From NCBI GenBank assembly GCA_951406725.2, contig OX597836.1, positions 34,906,001 through 34,970,000 of the forward strand: DNA of 64,000 nucleotides. The letters run 5' to 3'. The stretch's first letter is position 1; each line of letters starts with the position of its first letter. This DNA comes from Octopus vulgaris. Lineage: Eukaryota. The notes under the pieces were generated by a model. The model had not been told where the DNA came from. It ran no database searches and worked only from the letters and a program-made list of their open reading frames with translations. The translations under genes and the position numbers were made by a program. This document shows positions 13,221-24,264 of the stretch, piece by piece.

Positions 13221-13523
13221 TATATATATATATATATATATATATAAGCAATAATAAATCTCTGAACAAGGTATAAACAGTAGCTGCACGACAATGTGAA
13301 GTATATTTGCCACTTAAATGTGGCTAACCACTAAGGGTGGATGCTACTGTAGCTTGTAGCCCCAGGGGAACATCTTCTCCAGCTGGCTATTTCCACACTT
13401 TCTGTGCCCTATCGGTATTTACAAAGGGAAGCCATCCTTCCCATCGTCGACGTTAGTGGTTAGCCACATTTAAGTGGCAAATATACTTCACACACACACA
13501 TATATATACATATATATATAATA

Positions 13524-14418
13524 CTAGCAGTATCGCCCGGCGTTGCTCGGGTTTGTAAGGGAAATAACTATATAAGCATTTTTAGAGATGTAAAGTATAA
13601 TAGCCATCTCAATATGGCTAACCACAAAGGGGGGTGTTACTGTAGCTTTTTATGTTCTGAGATTTAATAATACATTTTTAGAGAGTTACTTCCCTTATAT
13701 AATAGCAAAAAAATGCATTAAAAAATGGGAAAAAATGATGGTAATTTTTTTTAATCGTAGACTCATCGTAGACGCGCGCTAATACCCAGAAGGGCTTGAT
13801 ATGAATCACGACTATAAGATACCCGCTTTTGGTTACACTGCACCGCAAAATGTGGGAGTAGTTAGGAATCTAAATCGTAGGAGACAGACACACAACTTGA
13901 CTTTTATATATAAAGACTAGCAGTATCGCCCGGCGTTGCTCGGGTTTGTAAGGGAAATAACTATATAAGCATTTTTAGAGAGTTACTTCCCTTATAAATT
14001 CGGGCTTTCTTAGCCATTTTTGTTTTGGTGTCTTCAAGCCATGAAGTCGTTGTTCTAAAAGAACGCTGGTTTCCTTCACAACGCATTACGACGTTGATTT
14101 CCTTACACTCCCTTCCCCACAGCTTCACGAGGGAGGGAAGGGGGAGAAGCAAACAGGTGCAGCTGTGAGCGTGGACGCCAACTCCGCCGCCATCGACACA
14201 CGATGCATTTTATGCATTAAAATGGAACAAAAAATGATGTTAAATTATTTTTAAAATCGTAGACTCATCGTTGACGCGCGCTAATAGTCAGACGGGCTCG
14301 ATATGAATCACGACTATAAGATACCCGGTTTTGGTTAAACTGCACCGCAAAATGTGGGAGTAGTTAGGAATCTAAATCGTAGGAGACAGACACACAACTT
14401 CACTTTTATATATAAAGA
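13524..14418 (-). mobile_element. Two head-to-tail non-autonomous Helitrons (13524-13916 and 13917-14418)
   Basis: Each runs TC...hairpin-CTAG on the minus strand; the junction reads CTAG|TCTTT. Confidence 0.82.
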
Positions 14419-14556
14419 TATGTATATGTATGTTAAACAATGATAATACACACACATGCATATACACACACACACACATTTATACATGCACGCACATACA
14501 CACTTGTTTGTATGTATGTATATAAGCAATGAATGTCTGTCTCTCCGTTATTCCAG

Positions 14557-14694
14557 GATCCGCACAGCAGGTCTGCGAGGTATCCAAGGAGTTGTACGTA
14601 AAACAGTTAGTGACGAGTTGCAAGTCAACATATGGGAGAGCGTACACATGGACAAAATAGTTCCATCATTGCTGTACAACATGCATGATCCAAG
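14557..14694 (+). CDS. EFR3: EFR3 exon (IRTAGLRGIQGVVRKTVSDELQVNIWESVHMDKIVPSLLYNMHDP)
   Basis: ttccAG / AG|GTAGGT; motif G.RGIQGVVRKTV.DEL...IW...HMDKIVPSLL.NM; phase 2 to 2. Confidence 0.96.
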
Positions 14695-14828
14695 GTAGGT
14701 ACCACCCTCATGCCTTCTTTCTAATATCCACTGTAGCTCCTTCCGAGTCTTTTGCTATTTGGAGACGAGCTCTCCTTGTGTCTCTCTGCCTTCAACAAGG
14801 TGGAACTGTTTGTTGTACAGGACCTACT

Positions 14829-15168
14829 TCTTTGATATCCTCTTAGATATCCTTCTTTGATATCCTTCTTTGATATCCTTCTTTGATATCCTCTTAGATA
14901 TCCTTCTTTGATATCCTCTTTGATATCCTCTTTGATATCCTCTTTGATATCCTCTTTGATATCCTCTTAGATATCCTTCTTTGATATCCTCTTTGATATC
15001 CTCTTTGATATCCTCTTTGATATCCTCTTTGATATCCTCTTTGATATCCTCTTTGATATCCTCTTTGATATCCTTCTTTGATATCCTCTTTGATATCCTC
15101 TTTGATATCCTCTTTGATATCCTCTTTGATATCCTCTTTGATATCCTTTGATATCCTTTTTGATATCC
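14829..15168. repeat. 12-13 bp minisatellite (TCTTTGATATCC)n
   Basis: Direct inspection. Confidence 0.93.
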
Positions 15169-15778
15169 TGCCAGCCTCGCCTGGCCCTCGTGCCGGTGGC
15201 ACATAAAAAGCACCATCCGTTCGTGGCAAACGCCAGCTCTGTCTGGCACCAGTGCGGGTGGCACGTAAAAAGCACCCACTACACTCATGGAGTGGTTGGC
15301 GTTAGGAAGGGCATCCAGCCGTAGAAACACTGCCAGATTTGACTGGGCCTGATGAAGCCTTCTGGCTTCACAGACCCCAGTAGAATCTTCCAACCCATGT
15401 TAGCATGGAAAACGGACGCTAAACGATGATGATGATGATGATGATTAGCAAGCAAAATATTTTGTCAGATTTAATGAAGCTGTAGACGGCAGATTTTTCT
15501 AGCGGTGTCATATGAAATTGTCACCCATAATTATTACCCTAGTATCGGTCTATTGCATTTCAATCTGTTTTAGCGATATTTGGAGACGAGCTCTCCTTGT
15601 GTCTCTGCCTTCAACAAGGTGGAACTGTTTGTTGTACAGGACCTACTTCTTTGATATCCTCTTAGCAAGCAAAATATTTTGTCAGATTTAATGAAGCCGT
15701 AGACCTGACCAATGATGTGGGTCAAAGTAAAAGCCAGTTGTTTACCTTGAATATACTTCTTGTACGTTGTAGATTATT

Positions 15779-16194
15779 CGGATCCTTTCGGTTTGAACGG
15801 CAGTTTTTACTAGTGGTGTCATATGAAATTGTCACCCATAATTATGACCCTAGTATCGGTCTATTGCATTTCAATCTGTTTTAGCGTTAGTGGTGGGGGA
15901 AGGGTATCTTTTTTTCTTCACAAATGTAAATAAACCCAATCTGTTTCTTAAACGAGGGACATATTCATATGGCACAGAATGTTTTTTTACCTCAATAGAC
16001 GTCAGTGATTGGTTGAAATTGCAGAAATTGAATAAAAAACAACAACAAATATCTTACAAACTATAGAATTTTCTCAATAAAGCCAAGAGAAAAAGATGTT
16101 TTATAAACACATTCTACTAGTATACGGAGTTTAAAATTTTTTTGTTACCTAGAAATTATGTTTAAAAAACTGCCGTTCAAACCGAAAAGATCCG
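15779..16194. mobile_element. MITE with about 30-bp TIRs
   Basis: CGGATCCTTTCGGTTTGAACGGCAGTTTTT ... AAAAACTGCCGTTCAAACCGAAAAGATCCG, flanked by ATTATT on both sides. Confidence 0.82.
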
Positions 16195-16346
16195 ATTATT
16201 CCTTATGGATATTTAAAAAAATTTTATTTAGTATTATCTGCTCTTAGTAGGTTGAATATCAAAGACCTTCATTCAGGTTTCTCCTCTGCCATTCTTACAC
16301 ATTCACCGTAAGATAGTTTAGTCCAGTCCTTGATGTTATCAAGCCA

Positions 16347-16636
16347 TTATTTAAATTTGACGGTTATTTGTTCTCATCTTGTTTATTGTTAACACATTTC
16401 GGCTGATATACCCTCCAGCCGTCATCAGGTGTCTTGGGGAAATTTCGAACCTGGGTTCTCATTCCTAAGGAATTTTTTGATGTTGTTGTTATTATTATTA
16501 TTATTATTTAAGTTGCTGCCTGGAATCGAACTCGGAATCTTAGGGTTAGTAGCCTGCACTCTTAACCACTATGCCATATGCCTGTGGGCAAATGTAGATA
16601 GTGTACATAATTCCTCATCTCTTAAATATAGAACTG
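16347..16636 (-). mobile_element. 290-bp retroelement with an internal tRNA-like unit and a hammerhead-like motif
   Basis: 13-bp direct repeats TGTTATCAAGCCA (16334-16346, 16637-16649); tRNA-like segment at about 16515-16583 (-); GACAC-CTGATGA-CGGCTG..CAGCC-GAAA at about 16390-16433 (-). Confidence 0.65.
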
Positions 16637-17369
16637 TGTTATCAAGCCAGTTTGTTCTTGGTCTTCCTCTCTAGCGTTTTCTATGCATCTTTCTTGCTGC
16701 TCTTTCTATGTGACCAAAGTACCTTAGCTTTTTTTAATAGTCGACATCCGCTTGTTCCACTCTGTGCCAGTGCCCTGACGCTATGCTGGTGCCATGTAAA
16801 AAGTGGTCACAACGATGTCACAGTAAACACACCCAGCACACACTGTAAAGTGGTTTGGCGTTAGGAAGGGCATCCAGCTGTAGAAACCGAGTCAAATCAA
16901 ACTGGAACCTGGTGCAGCACTCTGGCTTGTCAGCCCAGGTCAAACCCATGCCGAAAAGGAAGAATCATATGGAATGGAATTAAACATCAAAATGACAAAA
17001 TTTATGATAGTCAGCAAGAAACAAACACATTTTTGATGGTATGGAGCCAGCTAGTAATATTGATAATAATGATAATATTAATAATAATAATAATAATAAT
17101 CCTTTCTGCTGGAAGCACAAGGCCTCAAGTTTGGGGGAAGGGATTAAGTCTATTACATGGACCCCAGTGCGTAACGGGGTCAATTAAATAAGTACCAGTT
17201 GAGCACTTGGGTCAACGTAACTGATTTAAACCTTCCTCCGAACTTGCTGGCCTTGTGCCATTTTTGAAATTATTATTAAGGTAGTAAACTAGCTGAAGCA
17301 TTAGCACGCTAGACAAAATACTTCGTGGAATTTTGCCTATGTTTATTTTATGAGTTCAAATGCTGAAGT

Positions 17370-18222
17370 TGGAGTCGGATCTACCGTATTTTAACGTGCA
17401 TAAGGAATCCTTTTTTGTCAAAAATTTGGTTAGAATATATGGGAGTTTCTTATACATGGATAGTATTATAATCCCTTACAAAATCCTTTTTCCAAATTTT
17501 AAGCCCCCAAAATTAAGGGCTTCCTTATACATGTTAAAATATGGTAATTGGATTTCCTCCCCCACTAAAATTGTTGGAGTCGATCTACCGTATTTTAACA
17601 TGCATAAGGAACCCTTTTTTGTCAAACATTTGGTTAGAATATATGGGAGTTTCTTATACATGGATAGTATTATAATCCCTAATAAAATCCTTTTTCCAAA
17701 TTTTAAGCCCCCAAAATTAGGGGCTTCCTTATACACGGGGTTTCCTTGTACATGTTAAAATATGGTAATTGGATTTCCTCCCCCACTAAAATTGTTGGAG
17801 TCGATCTACCATATTTTAACATGCATAAGGAACCCTTTTTTGTCAAAAATTTGGTTAGAATATATGGGAGTTTCTTATACATGGATAGTATTATAATCCC
17901 TTACAAAATCCTTTTTCCAAATTTTAAGCCCCCAAAATTAAGGGCTTCCTTATACATGTTAAAATATGGTAATTGGATTTCCTCCCCACTAAAATTGTTG
18001 GAGTCGATCTACCGTATTTTAACATGCATAAGGAACCCTTTTTTGTCAAAAATTTGGTTAGAATATATGGGAGTTTCTTATACATGGATAGTATTATAAT
18101 CCCTTACAAAATCCTTTTTCCAAATTTTAAGCCCCCAAAATTAGGGGCTTCCTTATACACGGGGTTTCCTTGTACATGTTAAAATATGGTAATTGGATTT
18201 CCTCCCACCACTAAAATTGTTG
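17370..18222. repeat. Four tandem 203-221 bp units, each a Tc1/mariner(pogo)-type MITE plus flank
   Basis: Each unit has TACCGTATTTTAACATGCATAAGG ... ACATGTTAAAATATGGTA inverted termini with TA ends. Confidence 0.82.
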
Positions 18223-18417
18223 GCTGTGTGTCTAAATTTTAAACCATTTTTATTTTTATTATTTATTTTTTTCTTCCTCCTTCTTCTATATTCCTTTTTC
18301 TTCATTGTTTTTTTCTTTGTATATTTACTTTTCCCTTTCTTTCTTCATCTTTTCTTATGCTTTCTCTTTTTTTTTTCCCCTTCGGCCTCCTCTTCTATTT
18401 CTATCTTCTGTTATTAG

Positions 18418-18462
18418 AATGACTGATGAAGATGACAATGCAACGGAGTCATTTTATATAAG
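18418..18462 (+). CDS. EFR3: Candidate 45-nt cassette micro-exon of EFR3 ((R)MTDEDDNATESFYI)
   Basis: About 180-nt pyrimidine tract, ttattAG acceptor, AG|GTAAAA donor. Length is a multiple of 3, phase 2-2 like the flanking exons, with no stop. It falls in the poorly conserved linker after NM..P. Confidence 0.6.
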
Positions 18463-18616
18463 GTAAAAATGAACACACACCCTTTACAGTCACACAGTCA
18501 CCTCTCACAGTCCAGTTCCCATTTATTAGGCAACTCCACTATCATAAGCTCATGCAACTCCTACGCATCGTAACCAACCAGCTGACCACCATATTATCTC
18601 ACCTATGCTGCACAAC

Positions 18617-19490
18617 TATATATATTATAATATATTATAATATATATATATAATAATATATAATATATATATATATATATATTATTAATAATATATATAT
18701 ATATATATTATTAATAATATATATATATATTATTAATAATATATTAATAATATATATATATATTAATATATAATAATATATATATATATAATATTAATAT
18801 ATATATATATAATATTATAATATATATATATATATATATTAATAATATATTAATAATATATTATATATATATATATATTAATAATATATTATAATAATAT
18901 ATATTAATAATATATTAATAATATATATACATATATATATTATTAATAATATAATATATATATATTATTAATAATATATATATATTATTAATAATATATT
19001 AATAATATATATATATATATATTAATATATAATATATATATATATAATATTATAATATTAATAATATATATATATATTAATAATATATTAATAATATATA
19101 TATATATATATATTAATAATATATTAATAATATATATATATATATATATAATAATATATTAATAATATATTAATAATATATATATATATATTAATAATAT
19201 ATTAATAATATATATATTAATAATATATATATATATATATTAATAATATATTAATATATATATATATATATATAATAATATATTAATATATATATATATA
19301 TATAATAATATATTAATATATATATATATATATTAATAATATATTAATATATATATATATAATAATATATATATTAATAATATATTAATAATATATATAT
19401 TAATAATAAATTAATAATATATATATTAATAATAAATTAATAATATATATATAAATAAATATATAAATATGTATGTATATATAATAAAGT
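18617..19490. repeat. (TA)n / TAATA low-complexity tract
   Basis: About 870 bp of almost pure A/T. Confidence 0.95.
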
Positions 19491-20421
19491 AATGGCACAC
19501 AGCCGCGTTTATGTATAATCACAATTTAAGTTAGTTGAAATATGTTTCTCACGTATTTCAACTGCTAAAGGCAAACACACTGCAGTTACCAAGGAGAAAA
19601 AAATCTCTTTTAGTTTGTTCAGAGTTGTCTCTCTTAGGTACATCTCGTTGAGAAGAGACAATAAACTCAAAACATCGATGTCTGAGGGATGGCGACACTG
19701 AATGAAACTGGGTGTTTTCACACCTTTTAACCGTAAGAGAGATTTTTGTCTCCATGGTAACTGCAGTGTATTTGCCTTTAGGAGTTGAAATACATGACAA
19801 ACATTTCGACTAACCTAAATTGTGAATATATGTGTGTGTGTGTATAAATATATATTATACATGTGTGTGTGTGTATATATCATCATCATCATCATTTAAC
19901 GTCCGTTTTCCATGCTAGCATGGGTTGGACGGTTCAACTGGGGTCTGGGAAGCCAGAAGGCTGCATCAGGCCCAGTCTGATCTGGCAGTGTTTCTACGGC
20001 TGGATGCCCTTCCTAATGCCAACCACTCCGTGAGTGTAGTGGGTGCTTTTACGTGCCACCCGCACAGGTGCCAGATGGAGCTGGCAAACGGCCACGGACG
20101 GATGGTGCTTTTTATGTGCCACCGGCACGGGGGCCAGGCGAGGCTGGCAACGGCCACAAACGGATGGTGCTTTTTACGTGTCACCGGCACGGAGGCCAGT
20201 CGGGGTGGCGCTGGCAACGGCCATGATCGGATGGTTCACTTACCTGTCACCGGCACTGGTATCACAGCCGCAATTTCCATTGATGTTGATTGACTTCGAT
20301 TTTGGTTCTGCTTTCTGATATCTGATTTGATTTGGTTTGATTTTTATATATATATATATATATATATATGGCGGTGCCCCAGCATGGCCACAGCTCATTA
20401 GCTGAAACTGGAAAAATCAAA

Positions 20422-20467
<46 letters not shown>

Positions 20468-20709
20468 AAAAAAAATCTAGACAACCATGTGCAATGTGTT
20501 ACCAAAAAGGAAAACTGTGATTGTCAGTAAATGTGACTAAGGTTGTTAGAACACCTACATTGCTAGAAATAAGAGCTAATGCTGTAGTTAAAGCATACAA
20601 TTGTATATATGTATATATACTGTGAGGGACTGTAATTGCCTGAAAACACTGGCTGAGAATATATATATATATATATATATTTGAGAGAGAGATGGATGGA
20701 TGGATGGAT

Positions 20710-21175
20710 GGATAGATAGATAGATATGTTTCTTTATTAGCCACACAGGGCTGCACACAGACAGGACAGATTACAAAGTAGAGCTTTTCTGTTTTGGGGA
20801 AACTAAAAAAAAAAGGTGGGGTTAAAAAAAGGGATTGTAAAAGGGAAAGAAGAAAAAAAGAAGAAAAAAGGAAAAGGAACAAAAGAAAAAATGATCAATA
20901 GGGATCATGTATCACAGTGTCATGATGTAAAGTGTAAAGGGGAAAGCAGATAAGGTTTATTCGTAGGAAGAAAAGCCTACGGAAAAGACCACGGTACCCT
21001 CAGTCAATATTGTTACATGTTACCACATTTGTTTGCAAGTAGGTAACCCTCTGTTTTAAATTTTCCAGGTTCATAGGATTAAGCTCAAGGTGGCTTCGTC
21101 ATTCATACGTGCCATCCTTGCTACATTCACCCATCTTTTTTTTTAAACATTCGCTAGACAAAACTTGCCTCTCTA
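20710..21175 (-). mobile_element. LINE 3' fragment (probably L1/Tx1-like) with (ATCT)/(ATCC) tail
   Basis: Minus-strand ORF end ..LSSECLKKRWVNVARMARMNDEATLSLIL*, then a 3' UTR ending AATAAAGAAAC plus microsatellite. Confidence 0.5.
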
Positions 21176-21543
21176 CTCTCACTTTCCTTTCCTCCTCTTC
21201 ATCAACAATTTAATGTCCACCTCCAGCTCATGTGGGGCAGATGGAATTTCTTTTGAGGTGGGTTTTCTAAGGGTGGATGTCCTTCCTGTTGCTAACCCTA
21301 ACCTGTTTCCAAAAAAGGTAATATTTCCCCATAACCAGACATGTTTTCACAGTATATTGGAAATGAAGTAAACTGTGTGCATTATGGTGACAATTTTTTT
21401 ACAGCTATTATATGGTCTCTGAGCAAGGAGTAACATACACATGCAGATGCATACATACATGCCTATATATACACATACACACATGTATACACACACACAC
21501 AGACACACATGGGCTTCTTTCAGTTTCTGTCAACCAAATTCAC

Positions 21544-22024
21544 TTTGTGTCCCCAAAGTCCATCCCCTCCCCACCGTGGTGGGGACGCTGGCAACAGGTA
21601 GTGTCAGAGCTATGCCGTAGGGAACTTTGGTTCCTGTTAGGGCCACCCATGGCGGATTGGTCTGACACCGAGTGGTATTAGGGCCACAACTCGGAGTGTC
21701 TGTTTCGGCAACCGGCAGCTCCTCGGTCGTTCTGTCCCTGCATCTGCGGACAATCTGCAGTGGCAAAGAGGATGTCTCTACATGCGGGATTGTTGGGGAC
21801 CGCTTGTCAAATCCACATATTCCCACGAAACTTCTTCCATGAACTCTCAATGGCGAATACAATGGCAACATCAGCCTGCGCCGATGGAACCGTGACTGGC
21901 TCGCTATCTCCAGTGAACTGGCGCAGGACCGTCATGCGTGGGCTGCCATGGTTCGAGATGCCTCGAGGGTGGTAGAAGAAGCCGACTCAACCCACCCAGG
22001 GTGAATATCGCCACAAGTACAAGT
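21544..22024 (+). mobile_element. Short internally deleted RTE-like element inserted into a family B SINE
   Basis: TSD AAATTCAC (21536-21543, 22025-22032); ELAQDRHAWAAMVRDA RTE-type C-terminal motif; CAAGTA repeat tail. Confidence 0.68.
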
Positions 22025-23389
22025 AAATTCACCCACAAGGCTTTGTTCGACCCAGGGCTTATAGTATAAGACACTTGCCCAAGGTACAATGCAGCAGGAC
22101 TGAACCCTGAGCAAATGTGGTTGGAAAGCAAGCTCCTTACCAGACAACACTGAGGTCAAATTTGCCCTTTGTCCCTTTGAGGTCAGTACAGTATAGCATC
22201 ATCATCATCATCGTTTAACGTCCACTTTCCATGCTAGCATGGGTTGGACGATTTTGACTGAGGGCTAGCGAGCCAGATGGCTGCACCAGGCTCCAATCTT
22301 GATCTGGCAGAGTTTCTACAGCTGGATGCCCTTCCTAACGCCAACCACTCCAAGAGTGTAGTGGGTGCTTTTTAAGTGCCACCGGCACGGGGGCCAGTCA
22401 GGCGGTACTGGCAATGACCTCGCTTGAATCTTTTCTACTTGTGCCACCGGCACAGGTGCCAGTGAAGCGACGTTGGTAATGATCACGCTCGAATGGTGCC
22501 CTTTTACGTGCCACAGGTACGGAAGCCAGTTGGCTGCTCTGGCAACGATCATACTCGGATGGTGCTCTTGGCACCCTACTAGCACAGGCATAAGGGCCAG
22601 TAAGGCAACGTTGGTAATGATCATACTCGAATAGCTGCTCTGTCAACGATTACACTTGTATGGTGCTCTTTGCACCCCGCTAGTATGGATGCCAGTCTGG
22701 GTTTGATGATATCAACTAATTACCACAACTTGAAATTGGTGGTCTTATGTCTAAATTAGAGCTAGCAGGATTGTTAGCACACTGGACATTTCTTCCAGCT
22801 TTACGTTCTGGGTTCAAATTCCATAGAGGTTCACTTTGCCTTTCATTCATTTGGAGTCAATAAAATAAGTACCGAAAAGGCGGCGAGCTGGCAGAAACGT
22901 TAGCACACCAGGTGAAATGCTTAGCAGTATTTCACCTGTCTTTACGTTCTAAGTTCAAATTCCACTGAGGTCGACTTTGCCTTTCCTCCTTTCGGGGTAG
23001 ATAAATTAAGTACCAGTTGCATACTGGGGTTGATCTGATCGACTGCCCCCCTCCCACTCCTCAGAAATTTCAGGCCTTGTTCCTAGAGTAGAGAAGAATG
23101 ATATACGTACCGATTGAGCACAGGGGTCGATATAATTGACTTTCTCCCCATCTTCAAAATTCCTAACGTTTGGCCCATTACGGAAAGAATTCTTATTCTT
23201 TGTTTATATAAGGTGGCGAGCTGGCAGAATCGTTAGCATGCTGGGTGAAATACCCGAGTGGCATTTTGTCTGACTTTATGTTCTGAGTTCAAATTCTACA
23301 GGGGTTGATTTTGCCTTTCATTCTTTCAGAATCGGTAAAATAATTAGCAATGAAGTTCTAAGCCACTTTGACTATTGCTCTTAGCTATG

Positions 23390-23972
23390 GTCACCAACCA
23401 GTGTCAAATTAATCACAGAACTTGAGGTGATCCAACAAAGCTACACGAAGAAGATAGCCTCTGTGCAGCATATAAGCTATTGGGAAAGACTCAAGAGATT
23501 AAGACTCTATTCCTTAGAGCGTAGGCGAGAAAAACTTGCCATAATATACATCTGGAAGATCCTGGAAGGACTTGTCCCAAACTTTGGCATCGAGAGTTAC
23601 ACAAATACTAGAACTGGGCGCCAGTGCATAGTGCCAAGGACTCCAAATTTGCCTTCAAGATGTAGGACAAGATACTGCGATAGCCTGGGCTTCAGAGGTC
23701 CACAGCTCTTCAATATCCTCCAGAAGGACCTGAGAGACCTGCATGGGGTGGATGCGGATGGTGTTTAAAATAAAGCTGGACCTCTTCCCGTCAGGTGTCC
23801 CAGGCGAACCGACTTCACGGCAGGAGGTGCAGATGAGGGCAGCTGCATCGAACTCTCTCATGCACCAAATGTCAATTGCTAAAAAGCATTCGTGAAGTAA
23901 AAATCATGCAGCAACACCGAATGGCGGTGCCCCAGCATGGCCACAGCTCGTGAGCTGAAACTAGATGAAAAT
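23390..23972 (+). mobile_element. CR1-group LINE 3' fragment (decayed RT C-terminus plus 3' UTR)
   Basis: SYWERLKRLRLYSLERRR...IIYIWKILEGLVPN..GPQLFNIL motif; 3' end GGCGGTGCCCCAGCATGGCCACAG. Confidence 0.82.
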
Positions 23973-24224
23973 GAAGTACTGTGATTGATGTAATCAATAT
24001 GCTCCCTGCCCCACAAAATTTGAAGGCTTGAGCCTACAGTAGAAAATATTATTTATTTTCTTCATTCTGTCTTCTTTCTTTATTTTTCCATTGTTTTTTT
24101 TACTTTATTTTTCCATTGTTTTTTTTCCTTTACTCTTTCTTTCCTCTTCTTCATCGTCTTTCCTCCTTTTTTTTGTTTTTCTTTCCCTTCCACTTCCTCT
24201 TTTACTTCTATTTTCTGTTATCAG

Positions 24225-24264
24225 ACAGACTGACGATGACACTGCTACAGAGTCACTTTATATA
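24225..24264 (+). pseudogene. Paralogous micro-exon copy ((R)QTDDDTATESLYI) with its donor lost to a SINE insertion
   Basis: Pyrimidine tract plus ttatcAG, and sequence similar to 18418-18462. SINE sequence begins at about 24265 where AG|GT is expected. Confidence 0.55.

Noticed and set aside
16515-16583. tRNA gene (ACT anticodon-like) on the minus strand
   Set aside because: Acceptor stem does not pair properly and it lies inside a TSD-flanked element; treated as tRNA-derived. The same applies to the SINE heads elsewhere.
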